This document shows positions 40,831-50,326 of a stretch of 64,000 bases of DNA, piece after piece. Position 1 is the stretch's first letter; every line of letters begins with the position of its first letter. The notes beneath the pieces are model-generated. The model worked only from the letters and a program-made list of their open reading frames with translations, was not told where the DNA came from and ran no database searches. Where the stretch lies: contig OZ244999.1 of assembly GCA_965223265.1 (NCBI GenBank), forward strand, positions 3,424,001 to 3,488,000. The letters run 5' to 3'. The position numbers and the translations under genes are program-made. This stretch comes from Planctomycetota bacterium. Its GTDB lineage: Bacteria; Planctomycetota; UBA8108; SXIK01.

Positions 40831-42219
40831 CTATCGCAGCCGCGCGACCTCATCGCGTAGACAACGAGCGACGACGACACATGCGTGAGGAGTGTAATGG
40901 CCGATTCCGTATCGGTCGGCGGGATCGACTTCCTCCAAACATCGCGTGAGGTCCGCTTGCGGATACTCGGCTCCGCGCAAGATCTGTTGCGAGAAGGTCT
41001 CGCCACGCGCTTCTGAGCGACCCGAGAGACTCGCTAACTTGGTCGGCAGGTAGACGAGGAGAGGGGTGGAACCCTCGCTTTCGGCCAGCCTCGCGAAGGC
41101 GTCCAGCAAGGCGGCGTTGAGGTCATGCTGCATCCGTGCGTTCACCTGCGGGCGAAAACTTCGTCGCTGGAACCGCGACAAGGCAAACCGAACAGCGTAC
41201 GAGCTATGGTAGAACTGCCTCTGCCACTTCGAGCGCTCGTAGCTGGCGTCGTAGCTAACAAATGGAAGCTCGTGGATCGAAGCAGAGGCGAGAATCTCCC
41301 CGGGTTGTAGCACCGGCACGTTGATGAGCTCTAAGCCGTCACTGGTTAGCGTGAAGCGTGGCTTGGCGAACGGAAAGTCTGACTCGGGAAAAACAAGAAA
41401 GCCGTAGACGCTGATCGAACGGTAGAGATCGTGCTCCGACAGGCCGAAGATCACAAGGTCCGGCTTCCACGCGCGAACGTCCTCTCGGTAGCGAAGGAAC
41501 GCCTGGTCGACTCCGTAGCCATCGACGCCAAAATTCAGAACTTGTACGTCTGGGCCCATTAACGTCTCGAGCTGATGCCCCCACGTCTCCTCGAAACGGA
41601 TCTCGTTCCCGAAGGTGTGCGAATCTCCCACGAGCGCGATGCGAAACTCGGGCTGACGGTCCGAGTACGAGATGCCCACGACTGCACTGCGCAGGCCTTC
41701 CGTGCTGCTGAAACTTTCGCCGTTCGCCCCGCTGCGGCTCTTGCCGATTGTCCAGCCAAGAATCGGATGGTGGACAAGAAAGGGCGGTTGATTCGCCGTC
41801 TCGTCTAGTACCGCGCGGATACGCTCCGAGGTCGCATTCCAGTTTTTCGGCAGCAGCCGGAGAGAACCGACGAACTCACCACGCGGGGTCGTCTTGGCGA
41901 CGGCTCGCAGAGCTACCTCGACGACCGTGAACGTGAGCGCGGTGACAAAGACCCCAAGGCCACACGTCAGCAGCGCGCGCCGTCGACCGCCGTGGACCGG
42001 GCGAAGACAGCGCCACAGCGAGAAAACCAGCGACATGCCAGCAGCGACGATAGCGAAAACCAAGATCTTTCCGATCTTGTGCCCGGCGATCGCTGCAAAC
42101 GATCTTTCACCCTTGTTGTACAGAGCGAACACCGCGAGCACGACGCTGAACTCGAACAGCCAGAGAGCTAGCAGCAGTGGAAGATCGATCTTCCTGCTGG
42201 GAGTGCGTGGTTCGGACAC
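40831..42219 (-). CDS. Membrane-anchored SGNH/GDSL hydrolase family protein
   Basis: Three N-terminal TM segments; VGDSHTFG, NFGVDGYG, terminal GHYT. Confidence 0.75.
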   Translation of the reverse strand: MSEPRTPSRKIDLPLLLALWLFEFSVVLAVFALYNKGERSFAAIAGHKIGKILVFAIVAAGMSLVFSLWRCLRPVHGGRRRALLTCGLGVFVTALTFTVVEVALRAVAKTTPRGEFVGSLRLLPKNWNATSERIRAVLDETANQPPFLVHHPILGWTIGKSRSGANGESFSSTEGLRSAVVGISYSDRQPEFRIALVGDSHTFGNEIRFEETWGHQLETLMGPDVQVLNFGVDGYGVDQAFLRYREDVRAWKPDLVIFGLSEHDLYRSISVYGFLVFPESDFPFAKPRFTLTSDGLELINVPVLQPGEILASASIHELPFVSYDASYERSKWQRQFYHSSYAVRFALSRFQRRSFRPQVNARMQHDLNAALLDAFARLAESEGSTPLLVYLPTKLASLSGRSEARGETFSQQILRGAEYPQADLTRCLEEVDPADRYGIGHYTPHACVVVARCLRDEVARLR

Positions 42220-42274
42220 GTGGAGGGCTCCGCGGGCAGTGGGTTTCGCGTCACGGCAGGGGCGTTGGGGTTTA

Positions 42275-43417
42275 CTATGTCGTCGAAGATGCATCAGAAC
42301 CTGCCTCAAGCGTCATGCTCCTGGCAAGCTTGCTCACGACTTCGGCACCCATGGTGAGCGGTGCACCATCGCGGGCGTGATGATGTGCGAGGACCTCCGC
42401 CATCACACTAACCGCGATTTCTTCGGGTTGACGGCCACCTAGGTTGAGCCCTACGGGTGCGCGGATCTCACGTACACGCTCCGTGGGTATTCCCTGAGCG
42501 AGGAGATCTCGAAAGATCAGCACCGCCTTGCGTTTGCTTCCAAGCAGACCGACATACCCGGCACCGGATCGCGCTGCTGCGATGAGGGCCACGTCGTCGA
42601 GCTTGTGACCTCGTGTCGCCACGACGACCGAATGGTTTGGGCCGAGGTCCAAACTGGTGATCCCATGATCGAAGTCGCTCAGAATGACTCGGTCCGCGTT
42701 AGGAAAACGCTCGTGACTGGCGAACTTCTCGCGGTCGTCGATGACGATCGTGCGAAATCCGAGGAAGTCCGCAACGTGGTAGAGCGCCTTACCGACATGC
42801 CCACCGCCAACGATGACGACAGTGGGAGGCCGATTGAAAGCCTCGACGAAGATGCGACATCCACTCGTTTCGAGCCAGCGTTCGCCGCCTCTCGGCATTT
42901 GCTCGAGAGCGCTCGACGTCGCGAGCTCATCGAGTTCCGCGGCGCCGAGGCTGCCGACCATGTTGCCGTCGGCGTGAACGAATGCCTTCGCGGCTCGCGT
43001 GACCTCGCCGTTCGTTTCGTTGCTGACGAGCGTCGCTAGAGCGCGCGCACCGTGGCCATCAAATGCTGCAAGGATCTCGTCCACCAACGGCGCCAGGCTG
43101 GCGTCGCGAATCGGGTCGACGAGAATCTCCATGACGCCGCCGCACACCAGGCCATCCTGCGCCGCGATGTCTTCGTTAAGCTCGAAACGCCACACCTGTG
43201 GCTTGGAGGCGCTGGCGAGCATCTCTTTCGCGACGGCCCAAACATCCGCCTCGACGCAGCCGCCGCCAAGGGTTCCCACGATCGTGCCATCGCGTCGGAC
43301 CAGGAGCTTGGCTCCGGGCTTTTGTGGCGTCGATCCGGTCGTCTTGACGACCGACGCCAATACGAACGGCTCTCCAGCCTCGAGCTGTTTTTTAGCTTCC
43401 TTGAAGACCTCGAGCAT
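42275..43417 (-). CDS. xdhC: XdhC/CoxI family molybdenum hydroxylase maturation factor
   Basis: GSTPQKPGAK, GGGCVE, VCGG, GGGHVG, TRGH..D, APVGLNLGG..PEEIA. Confidence 0.9.
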   Translation of the reverse strand: MLEVFKEAKKQLEAGEPFVLASVVKTTGSTPQKPGAKLLVRRDGTIVGTLGGGCVEADVWAVAKEMLASASKPQVWRFELNEDIAAQDGLVCGGVMEILVDPIRDASLAPLVDEILAAFDGHGARALATLVSNETNGEVTRAAKAFVHADGNMVGSLGAAELDELATSSALEQMPRGGERWLETSGCRIFVEAFNRPPTVVIVGGGHVGKALYHVADFLGFRTIVIDDREKFASHERFPNADRVILSDFDHGITSLDLGPNHSVVVATRGHKLDDVALIAAARSGAGYVGLLGSKRKAVLIFRDLLAQGIPTERVREIRAPVGLNLGGRQPEEIAVSVMAEVLAHHHARDGAPLTMGAEVVSKLARSMTLEAGSDASSTT

Positions 43418-43567
43418 CGCTGCCTCGCTAGTAGAGTAGGGTCGTCTATACTACTTCAATTGGCACTCGGTCGCTACGCGCCCCGCGGCAGCGATGGGAA
43501 GCCCGACGATTCCGATGATATTGATCCCGCACCGGGTGCCGAAACACAACACGAAGGAGCTGCCATC

Positions 43568-44185
43568 ATGAATAGTTCACGGCGGGCGCAATCGTGGCGT
43601 CGCTACTTCGCCTTTGGTGCGGCAGCGTGTGCAGCGGGCTTTGTTTTCGTACTTGCCCACCAGGTAGATTTCGACGCAGCCGACGTGGCACGCCCGCGGA
43701 TCGTCGCTGCAGCTGCACCTGTCACAGCTGCTCCAGCGGCGCCACGGCCACGCGCTTTTCGCGTTCGCGGCCACCTGATCTGTCTCGCCGAGGAAATGCA
43801 GCAACGCTTTGGCGCGCAAGTGCAGCCAGTCCACGAGCACCTCTTCGGCTTTCGTTCGTCGCCGTCCCAGCGTGAAAGTCGGGACGACTACGAATACCAC
43901 ACGATCGTGCGGACGGCTCAGTCGGAGGCGCTGTTCGTTGAGAAGCGATTTCGCCAGCACGAGCTCGTTCTCACCGGTCGCGTTTTTCCAGGCACTCGTC
44001 TCCTTGAGCTGAGTGCCTGGCAGTGGATTCGCGACGGTCAGCTGTACGACATTCACTACTGGTGTGAGGTGTGCTCGATCCGTGGCGTCGACCCCGGGTT
44101 GTGCGCCTGCTGTCAAGGTGACGTCGAGTTGCGCGAGGAGCCTTCCAAGGGCAAGATCCCGCCAACGCGAACGCGGGGGCCTTGA
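43568..44185 (+). CDS. Exported/membrane-anchored hypothetical protein with C-terminal Cys cluster
   Basis: GAAGGAG RBS; N-terminal hydrophobic segment; YWCEVC...CACC. Confidence 0.7.
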   Translation: MNSSRRAQSWRRYFAFGAAACAAGFVFVLAHQVDFDAADVARPRIVAAAAPVTAAPAAPRPRAFRVRGHLICLAEEMQQRFGAQVQPVHEHLFGFRSSPSQRESRDDYEYHTIVRTAQSEALFVEKRFRQHELVLTGRVFPGTRLLELSAWQWIRDGQLYDIHYWCEVCSIRGVDPGLCACCQGDVELREEPSKGKIPPTRTRGP

Positions 44186-44556
44186 GGCGATCGCGACGGG
44201 CTGGGCACGACTGTTTCGCTTCACGGCCGGCTTCAGAGACACTTTCCCAGAAAAGAGCTTGTGAGGCGGGGATCCCTGTCGTTACAACGATGAAGTAGGA
44301 AGATCGACCAGGGTCGTGTCGATCAGCAGTTTGGTGGCACGAGCTCCGGCCTTCACGCCGGGTCGTCGCGGACTGCGTATTCGTGCACACGGAGTGACTT
44401 CGTGGACGTGTTGTCGCGCTCATCATCTGAGTCCTTGCCGCGGGCGGCCTCGCAGCGCTTCGCAGTGCTGTGCGCCCCGGTCGGAAGTGAGGCACCACGC
44501 GGAATCAACCGTTCTTCTCAGCGAGTGCATTCGGGTCAATTGGGAGAGGACCACTC

Positions 44557-45243
44557 ATGACGGAACCTAAGGACGCTAACCAGCCCGAAAAAACAGCAAG
44601 CGGCCAGAGTCACAACGGGGGCGTGAGCCGCCGGCAGTTCCTCAAAGTTGTTGGCGCCGGCGCCGCGGCAGGCCTTGCTGACGAGGGACTGGTCTCGGGG
44701 GCCACCGAACCTGTGAGAACCGGAGAAGAGGCGTGGGGGCCGGATCGAGTTCCCGTCACTCTTCACGTCAACGGAGCGCCTTTGCAGGTCAAGGTGGAGC
44801 CTCGTGTGACGCTCCTCGACTGTCTGCGCGATCACAAATTGGTCAACTCGTCTGACGCGGTTGACCTCACCGGCGCCAAGCGAGTCTGCGACCGTTCGGC
44901 CTGCGGCGCCTGCACGGTGCTTCTCAGCGGCAAAACGGTCTACGCCTGCAGCGTGCTTGCCGTCGAGGTCGACGGACAAGAGATCGTCACAGTCGAAGGG
45001 TTGGGCGATCCAGGCGATCTTCACCCGCTCCAGGAAGCTTTCGTCGAGCACGACGGGCTGCAGTGCGGTTTCTGCACGCCCGGTTTCGTCATGTCGTCGG
45101 TGGCACTACTCGATGAGAATGGTAGCCCGGACGACGCGGAGATCGATCGCAACTTGAGTGGCAACATCTGTCGCTGCGGTACGCAAGTACGCGTTCGCGA
45201 GGCGATTCACGCCGCCGCGAAGAAGATGCGGGGAGGGAGGTAG
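44557..45243 (+). CDS. Mo-hydroxylase 2x[2Fe-2S] subunit with Tat signal (PaoA-like)
   Basis: SRRQFLK; CDRSACGAC, QCGFC, NICRC. Confidence 0.92.
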   Translation: MTEPKDANQPEKTASGQSHNGGVSRRQFLKVVGAGAAAGLADEGLVSGATEPVRTGEEAWGPDRVPVTLHVNGAPLQVKVEPRVTLLDCLRDHKLVNSSDAVDLTGAKRVCDRSACGACTVLLSGKTVYACSVLAVEVDGQEIVTVEGLGDPGDLHPLQEAFVEHDGLQCGFCTPGFVMSSVALLDENGSPDDAEIDRNLSGNICRCGTQVRVREAIHAAAKKMRGGR

Positions 45244-45247
45244 AAAC

Positions 45248-47368
45248 ATGCCACATTGGCCAGAGACACGCCGCATCATCGGTACGGGAGTTCCCCGCGT
45301 TGACGGCGCGCTCAAAGTGAGCGGCCGCGCGAAGTACTCTTTCGATCGCAACCTGCCGGGCATGCTGCACGCGAGAATCCTTAGATCGCCGCATGCACAC
45401 GCTAAGATCAAGTCCGTCGATACGTCGACGCTCGCAGCCATTGCAGGGGTGCGCGCAGTTCATGAGATCAAGTCGGCGGGCGCCGAGCTGCACTATGCAG
45501 GGGATGAAATCGTCGCGGTCGCAGCGGAGACGGAAGCCGTCGCCAACGAAGCGATCCGCGCCATCCGGGTTGACTACGAGGTGCTGCCACACGTCGCCGA
45601 CGAGACCGAGGCGTTTCAAACGAGCGGCCCCACGGTTCTCGAGCCCAACGTCCAAGAGGAAGGAGATGTTGAGGCCGCTCTTGCGGGCGCTAATGTGTCG
45701 ATCAGCGGCGAATACGGCGCGCCGGTCATCACACACGTCTGCCTTGAATCTCACGGCCTGGTGGCCGACTGGATCGCCGACGATGAGCTCGTCGTCTACG
45801 CTTCGACGCAGGCGGTGCACTCGACGGCCAACGGACTCAGGAATCACTTCAAGGGCATTGAAAACCTGAAGGTGACCTGCAACGCTCCTTTCATGGGCGG
45901 CGGTTTCGGCAGTAAGTTCGGCCCCGACGTGCAAGGGATTGCCGCAGCGGAGCTCGCCCGTAAGGCTGGTCGTCCGGTCAAACTCATGCTCGACCGCGCC
46001 GAGGAACACGTGGCTGGCGGCAACCGACCGTCGGCCTACGCGCGCGTCAAAGCCGGGATTGATGGCAATGGCACGCTGACCGCGCTTGACGCTACCACGT
46101 GGGGCACCGGCGGGCACTCGCGCGGTGCTCGGTTCCCACTCCCATACATTTACGCGCCAACGAGCCGGCGCGTCCGCCATCACGATGTGCGCGTCAACGC
46201 CGGCGACGCGCGGGCCATGCGTGCACCAGGGCACCCGCAGGGATCTTTGGTGATGGAGCAGGTAATGGACGACCTCGCCGACAAGGCGGGGATCGACCCT
46301 GTCGAATTCCGGCTCCAAAATCTGCCGGAGACCAACGACACGTTCAAGACACTGAAAGCTATCTACACACGCGAGCTTAAGCTCGGGGCGGAGCGCATTG
46401 GCTGGAAAGCCAATCGCCACCCGCGCGGTGACCAGACGCGCGGTCCGATCAAGCGTGGACTCGGCTGCGCCCTCAGCACTTGGGGCGGGCGACCGGGTGG
46501 CTCTCAGGCGACCTGTACGATCTACCCGACGGGACAGGTTGAGGTGCGCTGCGGCACGCAGGACCTTGGTGTGGGTACGACCACCTTGGTGCCATTGGTC
46601 GCGGCGGAGATCCTTGGCCTCGAGCCAAGCGACGTCACCGGTTTGATTGGCAGCTCGGCGTTCCCGCAATCTGGAGGCAGCGGTGGTAGCACCACCGTCG
46701 GGGGCGTGAGCCTGTCGACGGCGATCAGCACGCAGAAGGCGTTAGCGAAGCTCCTCAGTGTCGTCGCAGACCATCTCGATGTGGCAGCAGATCAGCTCGA
46801 AGCCAAAGGCGGGAAAATCGTCGTCAAGGGCGGCGATCGGAGCCTCAGCTGGCGACGCGCCTGCACGCTTCTCGGTGTCGACCCGGTCAGCGCCAACGCC
46901 GACAAACGCGAAGGCGAGAAAACCATGGCGAGCCAGGGAGTCGGTGGCGCTCAGTTCGTTGATCTATCCGTCGACACGGAGACCGGGGAAGTGCGTCTCA
47001 ACAAGATCGTCGCCGTGGCCGACTGTGGCATGGTGATGAATCGCCTGCTGTGCGAAAGCCAGGTGATCGGCGGCGTCATCATGGGACTCAACTACGGACT
47101 CTTCGAAGATCGTCGCCTCGACCGCGCCAGCGGCCGCCAAGTGAACCCCGATCTCGAGTGGTACAAGCTCGCCAGCCACGCGGACATCGGCGAGATCGAG
47201 TGCCACCTGCTCGACTACCCCGAGCGTGGCACGATCGGCATCGGCGAACCGCCGACGATTCCGACGGCAGCGGCGATCGCCAACGCTGTCTGCAACGCGA
47301 TTGGCGTGCGCGTCGGTACGATTCCCATGTCGCCGAAACGAATCCTCGATGCCCTTAGCAAAGCTTAA
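45248..47368 (+). CDS. Xanthine dehydrogenase family molybdopterin-binding subunit (PaoC-like)
   Basis: RSPHAHA, GGGFGSK, AMRAPG, QDLGVG, SGGS, GIGEPP. Confidence 0.92.
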   Translation: MPHWPETRRIIGTGVPRVDGALKVSGRAKYSFDRNLPGMLHARILRSPHAHAKIKSVDTSTLAAIAGVRAVHEIKSAGAELHYAGDEIVAVAAETEAVANEAIRAIRVDYEVLPHVADETEAFQTSGPTVLEPNVQEEGDVEAALAGANVSISGEYGAPVITHVCLESHGLVADWIADDELVVYASTQAVHSTANGLRNHFKGIENLKVTCNAPFMGGGFGSKFGPDVQGIAAAELARKAGRPVKLMLDRAEEHVAGGNRPSAYARVKAGIDGNGTLTALDATTWGTGGHSRGARFPLPYIYAPTSRRVRHHDVRVNAGDARAMRAPGHPQGSLVMEQVMDDLADKAGIDPVEFRLQNLPETNDTFKTLKAIYTRELKLGAERIGWKANRHPRGDQTRGPIKRGLGCALSTWGGRPGGSQATCTIYPTGQVEVRCGTQDLGVGTTTLVPLVAAEILGLEPSDVTGLIGSSAFPQSGGSGGSTTVGGVSLSTAISTQKALAKLLSVVADHLDVAADQLEAKGGKIVVKGGDRSLSWRRACTLLGVDPVSANADKREGEKTMASQGVGGAQFVDLSVDTETGEVRLNKIVAVADCGMVMNRLLCESQVIGGVIMGLNYGLFEDRRLDRASGRQVNPDLEWYKLASHADIGEIECHLLDYPERGTIGIGEPPTIPTAAAIANAVCNAIGVRVGTIPMSPKRILDALSKA

Positions 47369-47383
47369 GCAGAGGAAGTTCCA

Positions 47384-48361
47384 ATGAAACCCTTCAAATA
47401 CACTGCTCCCGTCACCGAAGCCAGCGCCTGTGGGCTGCTCGGCGAGGGCTCCCTCGCTTTTGCTGGTGGCACTAGCGCGATGAACCTGCTCAAAGAAAAC
47501 GTCCTGACGCCAGACGTCGTTGTCGATCTCAAGCGCATCGAAGGGCTCTCTTCGATCGAGCCGACATCGTCGGGTCTGCGCATCGGGGCGAACGTCACGC
47601 TCGACGAGGTTCTCGCACACGATGGTGTGCGCCGCGACTACCCCGTGCTGCACCAAGCACTCTTCAACGCAGCGACGCCACAGATTCGCAATCGCGCCAC
47701 ACTCGGTGGGAACCTGTGCGCCCGCCCGGCCTGCTGGTACTTCTCTCAAGAGGCGTTCGGCTGTGCCAAGAGCGGCGGATCAGGTTGCCCTGCAAAGGAA
47801 GGCGAGAACGAGCACCACGCCATCTTCGACACCGATGGTCCTTGTGTTATGGTGCACGCTTCAAGCGCTGCGCCCGCGCTTTTGGCGCTTGAGGCCAAGG
47901 TGCGAATTGTTGGCCCCGGTCGTCAGCAAATCATCGGACTCGATGATTTCTTCACGTCTCCGTCGGCAGACGTCAAACGCGAGAATGTTTTGGCGGCGAA
48001 CGAGATCATCACTCATGTCGTGCTTGGCGCGCCCAGCGCCAAGAGCGCAACATACGAGGTAAGGCAGAAGGCAACGCACGATTGGCCGATTGCCCTCGCC
48101 TCTGTGGCACTGGATATCCGCTCCGGGGTGTGCCAAGCTGCCCGCATATTCCTTGGCGCCGTCGCACCGCTTCCGGTCCGGGCGAGCGGCGGCGAGAAGG
48201 CTCTGGTCGGCCAGCGCATCGACGCCCAGGTGGCTGCGCGTGCGGCCGCCAAAGCCGTCGAACGTGCGCGGCCGCTCCGCCAAAACGGCTACAAGGTGGC
48301 GGTGGCTCAGGCGGTGGTCAAGCGGGCTATTCTGCAAGCGGCGACGGGATCGTGGCAGTGA
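47384..48361 (+). CDS. Mo-hydroxylase FAD subunit with Cys insertion (PaoB-like)
   Basis: AGGT, ATPQIRNRATLGGN, CWYF..C....GC..HAI...C, QNGYK. Confidence 0.9.
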   Translation: MKPFKYTAPVTEASACGLLGEGSLAFAGGTSAMNLLKENVLTPDVVVDLKRIEGLSSIEPTSSGLRIGANVTLDEVLAHDGVRRDYPVLHQALFNAATPQIRNRATLGGNLCARPACWYFSQEAFGCAKSGGSGCPAKEGENEHHAIFDTDGPCVMVHASSAAPALLALEAKVRIVGPGRQQIIGLDDFFTSPSADVKRENVLAANEIITHVVLGAPSAKSATYEVRQKATHDWPIALASVALDIRSGVCQAARIFLGAVAPLPVRASGGEKALVGQRIDAQVAARAAAKAVERARPLRQNGYKVAVAQAVVKRAILQAATGSWQ

Positions 48362-48390
48362 GGCGGAGCGAGCTTTCAAGGAGAAGCACC

Positions 48391-48636
48391 ATGAGCAAAT
48401 CGGTACAGCAGCCCTGTTTCAATCTGCGCTCGAAGGAGATGCTCTACGGCGAGAAGACCGACGAGGCGATCGCTCACGACAAAGAAGTCGAACGTCTGTT
48501 CGGTGCCTGCGATACAGCGGCGTACTGGTGTCAATGCACTCAGACCGGCCGCGGTCCCGACGATCAGCCGGTCAATCGACCGGCGTGCAGCCTCCTCGGC
48601 CGCAAGTGCTATGAAGGGATCGGCGATCTGACCTAG
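48391..48636 (+). CDS. Small Cys-rich hypothetical protein (81 aa)
   Basis: AAGGAG RBS; CFNLRSK...YWCQCTQTGRGPD...C......C. Confidence 0.7.
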   Translation: MSKSVQQPCFNLRSKEMLYGEKTDEAIAHDKEVERLFGACDTAAYWCQCTQTGRGPDDQPVNRPACSLLGRKCYEGIGDLT

Positions 48637-48800
48637 CCCGTGGCGCTGACGTCGCTGGCTCCGGCCGCCGAATGTTGAACGCTCCGACGTGGAGTCGCGT
48701 CGGAGCAAAACGCAGCCTTGATGCTCCCGCCTCTTCCCTCCAGAATGATGTCTTCAGCAGTTCAATGTTGACGTCATGTTCGATGTTTGGAGGAACAGTT

Positions 48801-49520
48801 ATGAAGCTCAAGCTGGCTGGCGCGGCAGTGGCGCTCGTAGCGTCGGTGGCGATATGCGCTCTCCTGAGCGAAGACTTTGCAGCGGCAAAGGGGCTTTCGC
48901 TGGCCAAAATCGAGGGCGAGTACGTTGAAGCCCGCACCTGTGACGTTTGGACGGGGCCGTGCTTCACGAACGGCGAGATCAACCTACGGGGAGACCACGC
49001 CATCATGGGATGGTCTCTGAAGCGCGGCAACTGGCAAGGCGTACAACTTGTCGGACTGCGCGTCGCTGCGGCCATCGATTCGGAAGGCACGCTCGGCACC
49101 CGCACTGAAGGCAAGGTGCGTTCGGTCGTGTTCGTCGATGCGAAGGCAAGCGACTCGCAAGCAAAGGCGTTAGTGGCGCTGGCACGTGAGTTAGCACCGA
49201 AGTACCTCGGCGACATCGTTCAGGTTCGGCGTGCAAAGATCACCTACAAGCGCGTCATGAGCGAGGTCACCCTCGATGTACACGCGAGCCGCAACGAGAA
49301 AAGCTCTGACGGGGCCGAGGTGCGGCTGAAAACCACGATGCTTCGACCTCATTGCGACGTCATCTGCGGCAATGAGGAGAAGGCGTTTCCGTCGCTGGCT
49401 TCGACGGTGAGCTCCAGGTGCGCGAAGGTCGTCACCAACGCCTACCAGGGTGGCGATCTCGGCCAGCGCTGGAGTGATCCGAACACTCGTGGCGCCATGA
49501 TTGGCAGTTTTCGCCTTTAG
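48801..49520 (+). CDS. Exported DUF1326-like protein
   Basis: GGAGG RBS; signal peptide; GEYVEARTCDVWTGPCFTNGE. Confidence 0.7.
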   Translation: MKLKLAGAAVALVASVAICALLSEDFAAAKGLSLAKIEGEYVEARTCDVWTGPCFTNGEINLRGDHAIMGWSLKRGNWQGVQLVGLRVAAAIDSEGTLGTRTEGKVRSVVFVDAKASDSQAKALVALARELAPKYLGDIVQVRRAKITYKRVMSEVTLDVHASRNEKSSDGAEVRLKTTMLRPHCDVICGNEEKAFPSLASTVSSRCAKVVTNAYQGGDLGQRWSDPNTRGAMIGSFRL

Positions 49521-49573
49521 CAGGCTGTTCGCAGCCTGTTGACCCCGAGTTTGGCCGTGGTGTTGCGAGAATC

Positions 49574-50305
49574 ATGAAGAAAGACAAGGCTTCGAGTCGG
49601 CAGCGTGTTGCTTCACTTCTAGGATGGATGGGTGTCGGCTGTGCGGCCGTCGTTTTCTGTCTCGGAGGGTTTCAGCAGGGCACGGCCGAGACGCCAACAG
49701 GATACAAGCTCTCGAAGCTCAAGGAGGCGGCGCCGAAAAGCGCCGCGAAGAACGTCCGCGAGCTGCTGGCACCGTCTGGTTTGCGAGTCTCCGACTCGAA
49801 AGACAAGCCATTCATTGACGTTTGGCTGCGTAAGAGCGTTCAGACGCAGAACGATCCGGGACAGCTCGGAGTCGACTACGGCATGCTCCCGGAGGGCACG
49901 ATCCTCGGCCTCCTGCGTTTCCATGATGCTGGTGGTGGTGACTTTCGTGACAACAAGATCCCGGCGGGCGTATATCTCTTCCGCAGCGCGATTCAGCCGG
50001 AGGATGGGGATCATCAAGGGGTGTCGGACAGCCGCGACTTCGCCCTTGTCTGCCCAGCCGAGGGTGAGATCAGCGTCGGGCCAATGTCCACCGACGAGGC
50101 CGTCAAGGAGAGCGTCAAAGTCTCGGGAATCGAGCACCCCAGCGTGCTTTTCTTGAAGAAGTTTTTCGACGAAGCGAAAGATCTGCCACGCCTTGTGAAG
50201 GAGGACGGTGGCTTCTGGATTCTCGACTGCCAGGTGCCTGACGCGAAGAAGGGCGCCGACCCGGTGCGGCTCGGGATCGTGCTTGTCGGGCACGCTGACG
50301 AATGA
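49574..50305 (+). CDS. Exported hypothetical protein
   Basis: Signal-like N-terminus; DFR..IPAGVY...QPEDGDHQGVS..RDF. Confidence 0.65.
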   Translation: MKKDKASSRQRVASLLGWMGVGCAAVVFCLGGFQQGTAETPTGYKLSKLKEAAPKSAAKNVRELLAPSGLRVSDSKDKPFIDVWLRKSVQTQNDPGQLGVDYGMLPEGTILGLLRFHDAGGGDFRDNKIPAGVYLFRSAIQPEDGDHQGVSDSRDFALVCPAEGEISVGPMSTDEAVKESVKVSGIEHPSVLFLKKFFDEAKDLPRLVKEDGGFWILDCQVPDAKKGADPVRLGIVLVGHADE

Positions 50306-50326
50306 TCGGCGGCTGACGGAGACGGC

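Noticed and set aside
44190-44556. Moco riboswitch upstream of the Mo-hydroxylase operon
   Set aside because: The location is suggestive, but I could not find the conserved Moco motif elements; needs an Rfam scan.
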